Source: Parcubacteria bacterium C7867-005 (lineage in GTDB: Bacteria > Patescibacteriota > Minisyncoccia > Phycocordibacterales > Zambryskibacteraceae). Taken from it: 64,000 bases of DNA. This document shows, piece after piece, positions 1 through 9,763 of the stretch. The notes below the pieces were generated by a model. That model worked only from the letters and a program-made list of their open reading frames with translations. It did not search any database and was not told the origin of the DNA. Where the stretch lies: positions 156,848 to 220,847 of the forward strand of contig LFCO01000001.1 in NCBI GenBank assembly GCA_001189165.1, read 5' to 3'. A program made the position numbers and the translations under genes. How positions within the stretch are numbered: the first letter of the stretch is position 1; each line of letters opens with the position of its first letter.

Positions 1-624
1 GGAGATATTGTGCCGTCAGTTTCTATGAAGAGCTTGAGCTTGTTGAAGTCTGTCCTGTCACCGACACGCATGTTTTCAACTTCGTAACTAGCTCTTCGAA
101 TAGGAGTAAAAATACCATCGAGTGATATGGTGCCTATGTCTACTCTATTCTTCTCAAGCATTTCCTTTGCGACGAAACCTAGACCTTTTTCTGCTTTGAT
201 TTCCATCACCAACTCAGTGTTTTTCCCGGTAACTGTGGCGATAATCTGCTCAGGGTTAAGGATTTCTACTTGGCCAGGAACATCCAAATCAGCTGCAGTG
301 ACAACCTTTTCGCCCTTGATTTTGAGATTGATAGTTTGAGGTTCATCAGTTGAGAATCTCATTCTTATCTTTTTTAGGTTCAGAAGTACAGTTATGACGT
401 CCTCCTTGACTCCTTCCATGACTGAGAACTCGTGGCTAACACCAGAAATTTTGACAGAAGTTATAGCTACTCCAGGTAGAGAAGAGAGAATGATTCTGCG
501 CAGACTGTTTCCAAGTGTGTGACCGTATCCAGGGTAAAGACCCTCGATCTCATAAACCCCGCTTACCCCCTCTTCAGAGATAACTTTAGGTTTGGAAGGT
601 AATAGTATTGTGTAGTCAGCCATA
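1..624 (-). CDS. rpoA: DNA-directed RNA polymerase alpha subunit (N-terminal part; C-terminus beyond window start)
   Basis: Hand translation from ATG at 624 gives MADYTILLPSKPKVISEEGVSGVYEIEGLYPGYGHTLGNSLRRIILSSLPGVAITS..., the RpoA N-terminal domain motif; canonical position after rpsD. Confidence 0.85.
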
Positions 625-695
625 TGAATATTAAAAGATTAGTCTTAAATTATACGTTATTATTGCGCATTCTGCAACTCTATGTCGAAACTCTT

Positions 696-1301
696 TTATC
701 GACTATAGAATTCAAGCACCGCTCCTAAATCGAACACATGCTCACCGGGAACATACGTGGGGAGTGAAGAAACTTTGGATTCCTTCTTTTTTGGATCGAG
801 TATCAACCAATTTGCGACAGTCAGTGCCCCCATGCGTTCTACAACCTCACCGAAGAGTGGGCTCTCTTTGCTTCCGTCTCTGATGCCCACCACATCCCCT
901 TCTGATAGCTTCATCGAAGGGATAGTGACTCTTCGACCATTTACTGTGGCGTGACCGTGGGCAGCCATCTGCCTACCAGAAGCACGGGTTTTGGCAAAAC
1001 CAGATCTGTAGAGGATGTTGTCGAGTCTTAGTTCAAGAGATCTAAATAATTTTTGCATAGGTTCAGCTGCGTTCAGAGCTTCTTTGGTGTATTTAGAGAA
1101 TTGTTTTTCTGAAATACCGTAACTAAATCTTGCTTTTTGCTTTTCAATAAGTTGTTTGCCGAACTCTGATTTTGGCTTCATTCTGCCTTTCATGTTCTTT
1201 TCCTTACGAGCCAAAGAGAGAGCATATTTTTGGCCTTGAGTTTTTTCAAATATTGGGGCTCCGAGTCTTCGAGCTATTTTGTATTTTGGTCCGATTTTCA
1301 T
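696..1301 (-). CDS. rpsD: 30S ribosomal protein S4
   Basis: ORF translation MKIGPKYKIARRLGAPIFEKTQ... typical uS4; synteny rpsK-rpsD-rpoA. Confidence 0.95.
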   Translation of the reverse strand: MKIGPKYKIARRLGAPIFEKTQGQKYALSLARKEKNMKGRMKPKSEFGKQLIEKQKARFSYGISEKQFSKYTKEALNAAEPMQKLFRSLELRLDNILYRSGFAKTRASGRQMAAHGHATVNGRRVTIPSMKLSEGDVVGIRDGSKESPLFGEVVERMGALTVANWLILDPKKKESKVSSLPTYVPGEHVFDLGAVLEFYSR

Positions 1302-1331
1302 ATATTTTATTTTTATAGTGAGATGATCGAA

Positions 1332-1766
1332 CTATGCGCGTCTAGGTCTAGGTGATTTAGGCCCATTGTGAGGAACAGGGGTCATGTCCTGTATGGTTGT
1401 AAGGTTTATACCTTTGGAAATAAAGCCTCTGATGGCTGATTCACGACCTGAGCCAACTCCTTTGACCACGACCTTGACCTCTTTGATACCGAAAATCTGA
1501 GCTTTTTCAGCAACTTTTTCGCCTATTTTAGCCGCAGCAAATGGTGTACCCTTTTTGGCCCCCTTAAAACCTATAGATCCGGATGAAGACCAGGCTAGGG
1601 TGTTTCCCTTCGGATCAGTTAGTACGAGCTTGGTGTTGTTGTAAGTAGATTCAACACAAAGAATACCAGAATCAAATCTCTTTTTTGATCCACCTGTTTG
1701 AGCTGGTGCAGTCTTTACTGCTCCTTCTGCCTCACCTTCAGTTTTTATTATGCGCTTTTTTCCCAT
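1332..1766 (-). CDS. rpsK: 30S ribosomal protein S11
   Basis: Translation ...GILCVESTYNNTKLVLTDPKGNTLAWSSSGSIGFKGAKKGTPFAA... uS11 signature; synteny. Confidence 0.95.
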   Translation of the reverse strand: MGKKRIIKTEGEAEGAVKTAPAQTGGSKKRFDSGILCVESTYNNTKLVLTDPKGNTLAWSSSGSIGFKGAKKGTPFAAAKIGEKVAEKAQIFGIKEVKVVVKGVGSGRESAIRGFISKGINLTTIQDMTPVPHNGPKSPRPRRA

Positions 1767-1772
1767 ATAAAA

Positions 1773-2153
1773 TTATTTCTTTTCAGCTATCTTACGGCCA
1801 GTACCCATGGTCTTTCGGACATTTCCACGACGAGTACGAGAATTCGTCTTGGTTCTCTGTCCGCGAACAGGCAGTCCTCTCATATGCCTAACCCCCCTGT
1901 ATGCCTTTATATCCTTGAGGCGCTTTACATTACCAGCTATCTCTCGCTTAAGGTCTCCTTCGAGGGTTATACCCTCTATAAGTGATTTAAGCTTGTTTTC
2001 ATCATCTAGGGAGATGTCCTTGGGTCTCTTTTCCCTAGGAATACCAGCTTTTTCCAAGAGGCTAGCGGCCCTTGATCTACCAATACCAAAAAGAACGGTT
2101 AATCCGATGTCAATTCTCTTTTCTTCTGGGATGGTGATACCGAGTATTCTCAT
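1773..2153 (-). CDS. rpsM: 30S ribosomal protein S13
   Basis: Translation MRILGITIPEEKRIDIGLTVLFGIGRS... uS13; synteny. Confidence 0.95.
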   Translation of the reverse strand: MRILGITIPEEKRIDIGLTVLFGIGRSRAASLLEKAGIPREKRPKDISLDDENKLKSLIEGITLEGDLKREIAGNVKRLKDIKAYRGVRHMRGLPVRGQRTKTNSRTRRGNVRKTMGTGRKIAEKK

Positions 2154-2155
2154 TT

Positions 2156-2272
2156 TTAACCTTGACGTTGTTTATGGCGAGCGTTTGCTTTGCAGATCAC
2201 ATAGACGTAGCCCTTCCGCCTGACGATTTGGCATTTTGCACACATCTTTTTGACCGATGCTTTGACTTTCAT
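2156..2272 (-). CDS. rpmJ: 50S ribosomal protein L36
   Basis: Hand translation [38 protein letters not shown] (38 aa, Zn-ribbon CxxC...C...H); below the 60-aa cutoff of the ORF track; lies between infA and rpsM as expected. Confidence 0.85.
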   Translation of the reverse strand: MKVKASVKKMCAKCQIVRRKGYVYVICKANARHKQRQG

Positions 2273-2334
2273 AGGTGAATAAGCTATTTTAGCGGACTTT
2301 GATTTTTTGTCAATCGGACCATGTATAAAAAGGC

Positions 2335-2550
2335 CTATAGACGCTTAATAATTCTGGCCTTACCTCCATATGGCTCAAGAACCAGGACAACTCTATCCCC
2401 GACTAAAACTCTTATTCTGTGCAACCTCATTTTCCCAGACAAATACGAAAGAGTGTCATTTTCGTCACCGTCAATCTTCACGCGGAACATGATGTTTGGT
2501 AGGGCTTCCACCACAACTCCAGTTTTTTCTAACTCTGTATTTTCTGCCAT
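2335..2550 (-). CDS. infA: translation initiation factor IF-1
   Basis: 71 aa, S1-like OB fold sequence [29 protein letters not shown]...; synteny with rpmJ. Confidence 0.95.
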   Translation of the reverse strand: MAENTELEKTGVVVEALPNIMFRVKIDGDENDTLSYLSGKMRLHRIRVLVGDRVVLVLEPYGGKARIIKRL

Positions 2551-2591
2551 TAGTCTATTGATGATTTTAGCTATGATAACCTGTTTTACTC

Positions 2592-3998
2592 TTATTTCAA
2601 AGTAGAGTTGATTATTTTGATTTTGGACTGATCATCAGGGAAAGTGTTTTTCCAAAATGGTCGGATGACCGCACCAGCTGTTAATATGCCAGGATAATTT
2701 TTCAATATAGCCGTTAGCTCATTTTTATTAATTCCCGCGAGACTACTTCTCAGGTCATTCTCTGCGATGATAGAGGTGGCTATTACCTTGCCGGAAACAA
2801 TAAAATCAAAAACAGTTGCAGTTAGGAGGTCTGGAGCAGATGATTTTGCAAAAGATACATCTAGGGACTCGAGTGTAGATATCATCACAGGCAAAGTGCT
2901 CGTGCTGTTCATCTTTTTTGATGCGAGGAAGTTACTTAGATCGGCTCTTTTAAACATTACTCCATAGAATTCACCGCGTCGGTTCACAACAGCCACATCT
3001 TTGCTTGAAGACGTCTGGGGTAGATCGCTAAAGCTTGTATGAGAAAGCTTGGGGTATAGGATGAAATCTTCAGGAACCTGTTTAACCGCCTCATTTGATA
3101 GTTGATCAGTGAGATCTGCCTCAACTTTGGCCTTAGCAGAAGCAAGATCGGTTGGATTGATCTTTTTTGAAAGACCCACAAAACCACCAGTCATTGGAGT
3201 TTTGGATCTGGCATAGATCGTCTCAAAGCGTGGGTCGCCTTTCAATCCCGGCACTGTGAAATCAGCTAATCCGATATTATATTCAGCCCCAGGTTTGTCT
3301 GCGTATAGAGTCACCTCAAGGGATCCTGGCTCAGTCCCTTTTTTGCCAGGGACAACAATATCTGACTGTACACGATAGATCTTTCCATCAGATGTCTCAA
3401 ATCGAGTGTTTTTAATAAGTTTTTGAGACGCTGAGCTTGTATTGTTATAAACCACTGCTTTACCACTGGATTTTATAGACACTTGTTCTTCACCAGAAGC
3501 CTTTGCTTCAGTGCCCAAATCTTTGGATAATTTGATGACACTAAAGAATAGTTTGCCCGCCTCACCTGACTTGTGTGCCATATACAGATCTTTGTTAAAG
3601 CTTATCTCGTCTGATTTTGGAGTATAAGAAAGAGAGGCGCTTTCATAAAATGCGAAAACAGTTAGACATATAACCAAGACACCCAGAATCGTGCCCATCA
3701 ACAATTTCTTCTTAGGAAACTTAGATCCGCTTTGGACTTCTCCGTTGTATGGGATGTGTTGTTCGATTTTGTATTCTGGAACTCTCACACGTGGTGCGGG
3801 TGATTTTACTTCAGTAAATTGACTATACGAAAAAGAATTAGATTCTTCTTTTGGAGAATCCGAGTTTTTGTTTATTTTGATATCTGAAACTGCATCAATG
3901 AGGTTAATCTTCCTCCGATTTTCTGGAAGTGGAATATTTCTTATGGATTTCCTGTCTGGTCTATCAGGAACCCGGATATCTTCTACATTTCTTGGCAT
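2592..3998 (-). CDS. hypothetical bitopic membrane protein (about 95-aa basic cytoplasmic N-terminus, one TM helix, about 350-aa extracytoplasmic domain)
   Basis: 468-aa ORF; single hydrophobic segment [20 protein letters not shown]; no recognisable catalytic motif; directly downstream of an actin-fold ATPase gene. Confidence 0.55.
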   Translation of the reverse strand: MPRNVEDIRVPDRPDRKSIRNIPLPENRRKINLIDAVSDIKINKNSDSPKEESNSFSYSQFTEVKSPAPRVRVPEYKIEQHIPYNGEVQSGSKFPKKKLLMGTILGVLVICLTVFAFYESASLSYTPKSDEISFNKDLYMAHKSGEAGKLFFSVIKLSKDLGTEAKASGEEQVSIKSSGKAVVYNNTSSASQKLIKNTRFETSDGKIYRVQSDIVVPGKKGTEPGSLEVTLYADKPGAEYNIGLADFTVPGLKGDPRFETIYARSKTPMTGGFVGLSKKINPTDLASAKAKVEADLTDQLSNEAVKQVPEDFILYPKLSHTSFSDLPQTSSSKDVAVVNRRGEFYGVMFKRADLSNFLASKKMNSTSTLPVMISTLESLDVSFAKSSAPDLLTATVFDFIVSGKVIATSIIAENDLRSSLAGINKNELTAILKNYPGILTAGAVIRPFWKNTFPDDQSKIKIINSTLK

Positions 3999-4052
3999 AT
4001 TGTTGTAAGTTTAATTGTAACCCAACCACCAAACTACGCAATCTGTGGATGA

Positions 4053-5204
4053 CTAAATCCTCAGATTAGAAAAGTTTGACAGGATTGCGAGCTTCTCATC
4101 CACTAAATTTTCCTGTGGCCACGAGACAATCTCCTTAGTAAAGCTATTATCTTTGCCCAGAACTACGATCTCGTGGCCACTGAAAGCATTCTCGAGGAAT
4201 ATGCCTATCGCATTTTCAAATAATCCCCTCCCAACGAAAAATATTCTGTATTGGTAATTAAGATCAGAAGCAAACTCCTTCAAAAATGATTCACAGGCTT
4301 TTTTGAAAATATTACTAGTCTTGGACAACTCATCTTCAATTTTTGGTGAAATAACCCCATCCAAGACCCCATCAGATAGGAGGGCAAGATATGAACGAGC
4401 AATTTCTGTGGGTATGCCCAAGCTTTTACTAACCTCGTTCACAATGGTTGTACTGCCGACGGGCACAGAAGTGACAACCACGGGGTGATTATTTTTTATG
4501 AATAAGAAATCTGTACTGAAGTCATTCATATTTATCAAAAGCGGAGAATGAGCTGTGGGAAAGGCGTGTGACAAAACCTTCATAAAAGCAAAACTGAAGT
4601 TTTCTAGCACAATATTGTTCTTAATACCCAAAGTACTCGTTATTTCCTTTTTAATTTTTTGAACAAATTTTGATTTAGTCGCACTCATCATAAAATGCAT
4701 ATCCGCTGATACAGCTTTTTTACTTTGAGGAAGCGTGGCCTCGTAGCCATTTATAGTCAGATTGGTTATCTTGGACTCAAAAACGTCGTAGTCATCTGCT
4801 GACTGGTCGATTAATTCTTTTTTGAACACTTTCTCTTCATCGTTCAACACATTTGCCACTGTTTTTTGGTCCAGTATAAAACCCTCGGTATGATTAAGAG
4901 TATTATTTTTTATTTTTGAATATACCCAAGGAGAAGAGAGTGAGACCAGGGCTCTGTTCACATGCTTTTTGCTCCCTATCCTTGAAAGTGCGTCCTTGAG
5001 GCACTTGAGGATTGCTTCTCCCTGTTTTTCCGAGTTATGATCGACTTCTAGAAAATATGAGCTTCTGGAATAAGTGACAATCGTTGGCAGCTTGTCCTCT
5101 TGCAGGTCAACTATAGCTGCACCAACTGAACCAGAAGAAATATCTAAAATTAAAACACTGTCACCAACAAAGGATGTTTTCCAAAACATCCTTATATTGT
5201 ACAT
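4053..5204 (-). CDS. actin-fold (ASKHA) ATPase, PilM/FtsA-like
   Basis: N-terminal phosphate-1-like motif VLILDISSGSVGAAIV and internal LINMNDFSTDFLFI resemble PilM/FtsA; family assignment is inference. Confidence 0.5.
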   Translation of the reverse strand: MYNIRMFWKTSFVGDSVLILDISSGSVGAAIVDLQEDKLPTIVTYSRSSYFLEVDHNSEKQGEAILKCLKDALSRIGSKKHVNRALVSLSSPWVYSKIKNNTLNHTEGFILDQKTVANVLNDEEKVFKKELIDQSADDYDVFESKITNLTINGYEATLPQSKKAVSADMHFMMSATKSKFVQKIKKEITSTLGIKNNIVLENFSFAFMKVLSHAFPTAHSPLLINMNDFSTDFLFIKNNHPVVVTSVPVGSTTIVNEVSKSLGIPTEIARSYLALLSDGVLDGVISPKIEDELSKTSNIFKKACESFLKEFASDLNYQYRIFFVGRGLFENAIGIFLENAFSGHEIVVLGKDNSFTKEIVSWPQENLVDEKLAILSNFSNLRI

Positions 5205-5207
5205 CGT

Positions 5208-6986
5208 TTAAGAATTCCTCAATACTGCTTTTATCCTCCTCACGCCGGACGACACAGCTTCTTCTTTCGCAATACTAAATACGCCAAGCTCACTAGTATT
5301 AGATACGTGAGGCCCACCACAAAATTCCTTAGAATAAGCCCCTTCTATTGAATCACCAACAAAATAAACCGATACGGAATCGCCGTACTTGTCACCGAAG
5401 AAATGAAGGGCACCGGTTTTCTCTGCCTCTTCCTTAGGTAACACAACCTTGTTCACTGGTAATTTATTTTCAATTTTATCATTCACTATTTTTTCTACTT
5501 TTGTGATTTCTTCTGGAGTCATCTTTCTGGGGAAGGTGAAGTCAAGGCGAAGCCTCTCTGTGGTGATGTTCGATCCTTTTTGACCAACTTCACTGCCTAA
5601 TACATCTCTCAAGGCTTGGTGCAACAGGTGCGTGGCAGTATGGTATCTAACTTCTACACCACTATGTCCAGCCAGTCCCCCTTTAAATTTCTGATCCGCC
5701 CCTGCACGTGAAAGTTTTTGATGTTCGGTAAATTTATCAAGGAAGTCTTTTTCATTTAGCTCCAGGCCCTTCTCTTTGGCAAGCTCTTTAGTAAGTTCGA
5801 ATGGGAATCCATATGTGGTAAAAAGCGTAAACGCATCCATGCCTTTTTCAAACTGTTTTAAGCCATCACTGAGTGTCTCTCTAAACTTATCCTCTTCTTT
5901 TATAACGGTATTATGAATAAGTGTCCTTTTCTCTTCAAGCTCTGGATATGCTCGAAGATATAAATTAACTACTCCTTGTGTGCAAATATAACCAAGTTCT
6001 TGATTCATTACTCCAATTTTATCTGCATTAAGTACAGCACGACGTATCAACCTGCGAAGCACATATCCACGTTCTGTATTTGATGGCAATACTCCATCTG
6101 CAATCATAAATGTTGCCGTCCGCAAGTGGTCAGCAATTATTCTAAGGGATCTTTGGTCAACATCGATTTTATCTTTGTTATATATCTGTGATTTTATTTC
6201 ATTTATGATCGGCATAAACAAATCCGTATCATATGCAGTTTTTTTTCCTTGCATGACCGCTGTTATACGTTCAAGTCCTGCTCCGGTGTCTACATTTTTA
6301 TTTGCGAGTTTACCTACAACCTTGCCATCTTTCTTTACATACTCCATAAACACATCGTTCCAAATCTCTACCAGGTCCTCTCTTTTGACGGCCTCCTGAA
6401 AATCCTCTTTGGAGAGATCACTCAAACCACCATATGTCATGTCATAAAACATCTCTGTGTCCGGCCCACAGGGTCCATTATCTCCTGCACTCCACCAGTT
6501 ATCTTCTGCGCCCAAGGCGTATATACGGTGTTCTGGTAAACCTAAGCTCATCCAAATCTTTTTAGACTCCTCATCAAATGGCGCGTTCTCATCTCCTTCA
6601 AACACTGTCACATAAAGCCTCTGTGGATCTAGACCCAGACCTTCATCTTTGGAAGTTAGGAACTCGTAACTCCATTTGATAGCATCTTCTTTAAAATAAT
6701 CCCCAAGCGACCAATTACCGAGCATCTCAAAAAATGTAAAGTGTCTGTTGTCTCCAACATCATCCAAATCACCAGTACGGACACACTTCTGTACATCTAC
6801 CAACCTCTTACCCTTAGGATGTTCTTCACCAAGAAGATACGGCACAAGTGGGTGCATCCCTGCGGTAGTAAAGAGGACTGAAGGGTCATTCTCCGGCACC
6901 AGGGGTGCAGAAGGGATAACAGCATGCCCTCTTTTGGCAAAAAAGTTTAAGAACCTTTGTCTTATTTCCTCTGATTTCATAGGCAA
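5208..6986 (-). CDS. alaS: alanyl-tRNA synthetase, short form (catalytic plus editing domains, no C-Ala domain)
   Basis: RFLNFFAKRGHAVIPSAPLVPENDPSVLFTTAGM class-II AlaRS N-terminus; editing-site HTATHLLHQALRDVLG; 592 aa. Confidence 0.9.
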   Translation of the reverse strand: MPMKSEEIRQRFLNFFAKRGHAVIPSAPLVPENDPSVLFTTAGMHPLVPYLLGEEHPKGKRLVDVQKCVRTGDLDDVGDNRHFTFFEMLGNWSLGDYFKEDAIKWSYEFLTSKDEGLGLDPQRLYVTVFEGDENAPFDEESKKIWMSLGLPEHRIYALGAEDNWWSAGDNGPCGPDTEMFYDMTYGGLSDLSKEDFQEAVKREDLVEIWNDVFMEYVKKDGKVVGKLANKNVDTGAGLERITAVMQGKKTAYDTDLFMPIINEIKSQIYNKDKIDVDQRSLRIIADHLRTATFMIADGVLPSNTERGYVLRRLIRRAVLNADKIGVMNQELGYICTQGVVNLYLRAYPELEEKRTLIHNTVIKEEDKFRETLSDGLKQFEKGMDAFTLFTTYGFPFELTKELAKEKGLELNEKDFLDKFTEHQKLSRAGADQKFKGGLAGHSGVEVRYHTATHLLHQALRDVLGSEVGQKGSNITTERLRLDFTFPRKMTPEEITKVEKIVNDKIENKLPVNKVVLPKEEAEKTGALHFFGDKYGDSVSVYFVGDSIEGAYSKEFCGGPHVSNTSELGVFSIAKEEAVSSGVRRIKAVLRNS

Positions 6987-7005
6987 AATATATCACAGAC
7001 AGGCC

Positions 7006-7599
7006 TTAAATGAGAGTTTTGAGTATCTGGAAATCTCTTAGGAGTTCCTGTTTATTGTTTGGGTTATACAGAGCTACAGCTGGATGATACAAAGGGACCA
7101 CTTTGACATTTTGACCACTGATCGTTGTCAGAAAGACCTGGCCGTGCAGTCTGCCTATCGGGCCAATCTGCGCCGAGAGTCCATATCTGTTCATGATGTA
7201 GTCCATGGAAAACCGACCAAGAGTAGCAATAATCTTTGGTTTAATTATCTCTATCTGACGATCGAGGAATGGTGCATATAGCTCTATTTCTTCTGGCTTT
7301 GGATCTCTATTTTTCGGAGGGCGGTCTTTGACTATATTAGTAACATACACTGATTCTCTTTTGATTTGGACAGATAGGAAGAGCTCATCCAACAACTTCC
7401 CTGATCTACCACAAAATGGCCTGCCTGCTTTGGCCTCGTTCTCACCGGGTGCTTCGCCTATGAACATCATCTCTGCCTCATGACTCCCTTCGCCAATCAC
7501 CGGGAAGGCCCTGTTGGCCACTCGATCTTCATAAAGAGGAGAGGATTTGAGGTCAAGTACTTCTTGTTTTATTTTCTCTAATGATTCATCTCTATCCAT
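7006..7599 (-). CDS. uracil-DNA glycosylase, family 4
   Basis: GEGSHEAEMMFIGEAPGENEAKAGRPFCGRSGKLLDELF and HPAVALYNP motifs of the family-4 UDG. Confidence 0.85.
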   Translation of the reverse strand: MDRDESLEKIKQEVLDLKSSPLYEDRVANRAFPVIGEGSHEAEMMFIGEAPGENEAKAGRPFCGRSGKLLDELFLSVQIKRESVYVTNIVKDRPPKNRDPKPEEIELYAPFLDRQIEIIKPKIIATLGRFSMDYIMNRYGLSAQIGPIGRLHGQVFLTTISGQNVKVVPLYHPAVALYNPNNKQELLRDFQILKTLI

Positions 7600-7609
7600 C
7601 TGATTCTTA

Positions 7610-8449
7610 TTAGGATAATTTTTTGGCTTTGCTTCTCAACATTTCACCCAAAGCTGTCGTGTATGCACAATAGTCGCATTCATTGGCGGCTTTCGGTATC
7701 CTGTCATCATCTAGACATTTCTTTATACTTTGTATAACTGATTCTATCCAATCTGTATTCCCTGTATAAGGGATGAGCTTCACATCAAATTCTAATTTAC
7801 CATCAAATGAATTCCTGTCTGTTTGGCCGTTCACATATACAAAGTACCCCGTATCTGAGACTTTGAAATTATTTTGTCTAAAGAGCCACTGATAGATCTC
7901 CATCTGACGTTTATATCCTATTTGCCACTCTGCATCGAGGCTCACCTCCTCATCTTTGGATGTAGCCTTGTAATCCACGATTAAAAGCTCTCCCTCCGGA
8001 TTTATCCATACATCATCAATACCACCAGAGATGAGCATTCCAGTACTTGAATGCATGTACTGGATACCTCCCTTAAGAGCGTCACGCCATTCATCTATCT
8101 TTGGATGTGAGAATGGTACCGCGTCGAGTCCGTAGGCTTTCAAAAGAGGGTGGTGACTCGCCGCCTCCCTGTGGATATCAAATTCTTTTTTCAAAAGTTT
8201 ATCTACAGCACTGTTCAAAGTAAAAGGATACCCTTTGGGCCTCGCGATGCCCAACTTATTGTCTATATAAAAACAACGTTTACAATCCAAAAACAAATCT
8301 ATTTTAGATCTGGAAAGTCTCCAGCTTTTTCCGCCGTAATTCCAGTTTGGATTACGATTTGGCTTGTAGTATTGAGACATCTTAACTTTAGATACTAATT
8401 CTTGTTCTCCCTTTTTTCCAGATGGAGAACTGTATGTTCGATAAACCAA
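7610..8449 (-). CDS. PD-(D/E)XK nuclease, Cas4/RecB-like with Cys cluster
   Basis: IVDYKATSKDE (D..EXK-like core), N-terminal CKRCFY and C-terminal CDYCAY cysteines as in Cas4/AddB Fe-S nucleases; an alternative start MSQYYK at 8380 would remove the overlap with the upstream gene. Confidence 0.7.
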   Translation of the reverse strand: MVYRTYSSPSGKKGEQELVSKVKMSQYYKPNRNPNWNYGGKSWRLSRSKIDLFLDCKRCFYIDNKLGIARPKGYPFTLNSAVDKLLKKEFDIHREAASHHPLLKAYGLDAVPFSHPKIDEWRDALKGGIQYMHSSTGMLISGGIDDVWINPEGELLIVDYKATSKDEEVSLDAEWQIGYKRQMEIYQWLFRQNNFKVSDTGYFVYVNGQTDRNSFDGKLEFDVKLIPYTGNTDWIESVIQSIKKCLDDDRIPKAANECDYCAYTTALGEMLRSKAKKLS

Positions 8450-8838
8450 AAGAAAGTGAAAACTATTAGTGTTGCCAGGGTTGCAAATATGGCCAATGAT
8501 TCGAGGCCGTAACCTACAGCCATACCCACACCAGAGGCTACCCAGAGGCCTGCAGCAGTAGTTAAGCCTGATATCCTAGAATCTTTAAAGATGATCACCC
8601 CTCCACACAGAAAACCAATACCCATGACTATGCCGGCGGCCATTCTCATGGGATCAAAATCATACCCACCATTTGCAGGGATAACGATCCTGGATATAAG
8701 GATAAACAAACAAGAGCCCATCGACACTAAACTATAAGTTCTCATCCCCGCAGTCTTACCAGCGAAAGACCTCTCTATGCCGAGACTGGCTCCAAGCAAT
8801 AGTGCGATGACTAGATCAAGAAAAATTATATTGGACAT
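8395..8838 (-). CDS. mgtC: MgtC/SapB family membrane protein
   Basis: LGIERSFAGKTAGMRTYSLVSMGSCLF ... AGLWVASGVGMAVG typical MgtC core, 147 aa, four TM segments. Confidence 0.85.
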   Translation of the reverse strand: MSNIIFLDLVIALLLGASLGIERSFAGKTAGMRTYSLVSMGSCLFILISRIVIPANGGYDFDPMRMAAGIVMGIGFLCGGVIIFKDSRISGLTTAAGLWVASGVGMAVGYGLESLAIFATLATLIVFTFFWFIEHTVLHLEKRENKN

Positions 8839-8854
8839 TGTTTTTTATAAAATT

Positions 8855-9763
8855 TTAAAGTTCGTTTATCTCACTTATGATTTCATCGATATTGACCTTT
8901 GCACCAAGCGCCTGTTCAAGCAAGTTTGGGTTTTGCTTTATTTGCGTGCAGAGCACAATTCCCTCCTTCAGCAGAGTATCTTTATCTACTGTGGATAGAG
9001 ACACCAGACAGGTTATCGGGTGAAGTTTTTCTTCTTCGATCATGTCCTGCAAACTTCCATCTTCTGGATAGTTCCATCCTATCATGACCAAATCTTTGCA
9101 CTCCCCATAATGAATAGCTGTCGAAGAAAACTTAGTATTAGTTATGAGCCATCCTTCGTTTATTTTTCTTTCTTTACCACCATATTTAAAGATATTTTCT
9201 CTGAGGTCATCGAATCGGGCTTTGACATATAAAGCCACCTTCACATCTGATTTTGTACCTAATTGGTTATGGAATTTAGCTTCACACATAATCAATTTTT
9301 TATCATTCCAGGCTACAACGTCTACTTCGTGTGGAACACAACCTCCGAGGACGGACTGACGCGTTTCTGTCTCAAAGCCTTTGGCTTTGAGTATTTCTGC
9401 GACGAAATCTTCAAAAGGAAAACCGGATGGTCCAAGGTCCATCACTGCCCTCCTCAATGAATATCTCCTTGCTACGGGCTTCTCTTTGGCATGAAGGAGA
9501 GAAAATGCATGGCTATAAATCTCTGAAGTCGTCATCCCATTATAGAGATCGGGGAGGATTTTGGAGATGACGTCTTCCACCGATTCAGACATGGCACCAG
9601 AACGCAAAAGTGAAGCTCTTAACTTTTCTGTATCAAAAGCCTCATGTTTGCCGTTCGCCTTCTCTATAATTATTTGATTTGTGGTGAGATCTGGATTCAC
9701 TTTTCTAGTATAACTTAAAACTACTATTCTAGGATACTGTCTATAACAGCTCCTCCAAGGCAT
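8855..9763 (-). CDS. ATP-cone domain protein fused to a restriction-endonuclease-like (Mrr_cat) domain
   Basis: IIIEKANGKHEAFDTEKLRASL is an ATP-cone start; C-terminal FEDFVAEILKAKGFE...HEVDVVA...IMCEAKFH is a PD-(D/E)XK Mrr-type core. True start probably the GTG at 9700 (VNPDL...), which avoids overlap with mnmA. Confidence 0.65.
   Translation of the reverse strand: MPWRSCYRQYPRIVVLSYTRKVNPDLTTNQIIIEKANGKHEAFDTEKLRASLLRSGAMSESVEDVISKILPDLYNGMTTSEIYSHAFSLLHAKEKPVARRYSLRRAVMDLGPSGFPFEDFVAEILKAKGFETETRQSVLGGCVPHEVDVVAWNDKKLIMCEAKFHNQLGTKSDVKVALYVKARFDDLRENIFKYGGKERKINEGWLITNTKFSSTAIHYGECKDLVMIGWNYPEDGSLQDMIEEEKLHPITCLVSLSTVDKDTLLKEGIVLCTQIKQNPNLLEQALGAKVNIDEIISEINEL

Noticed and set aside
127-339. 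70-aa plus-strand ORF
   Set aside because: It lies antisense inside rpoA, which translates convincingly on the minus strand.
6987-7005. T-box or other leader riboswitch upstream of alaS, leuS, hisS
   Set aside because: The upstream gaps are only about 0-20 nt. No room for a T-box leader of about 250 nt.
8395-8449. 55-nt overlap between the Cas4-like nuclease start and the MgtC stop, as a possible frameshift or pseudogene
   Set aside because: An in-frame ATG (MSQYYK, 8380) downstream removes the overlap. More likely a start-codon choice issue than a disrupted gene.
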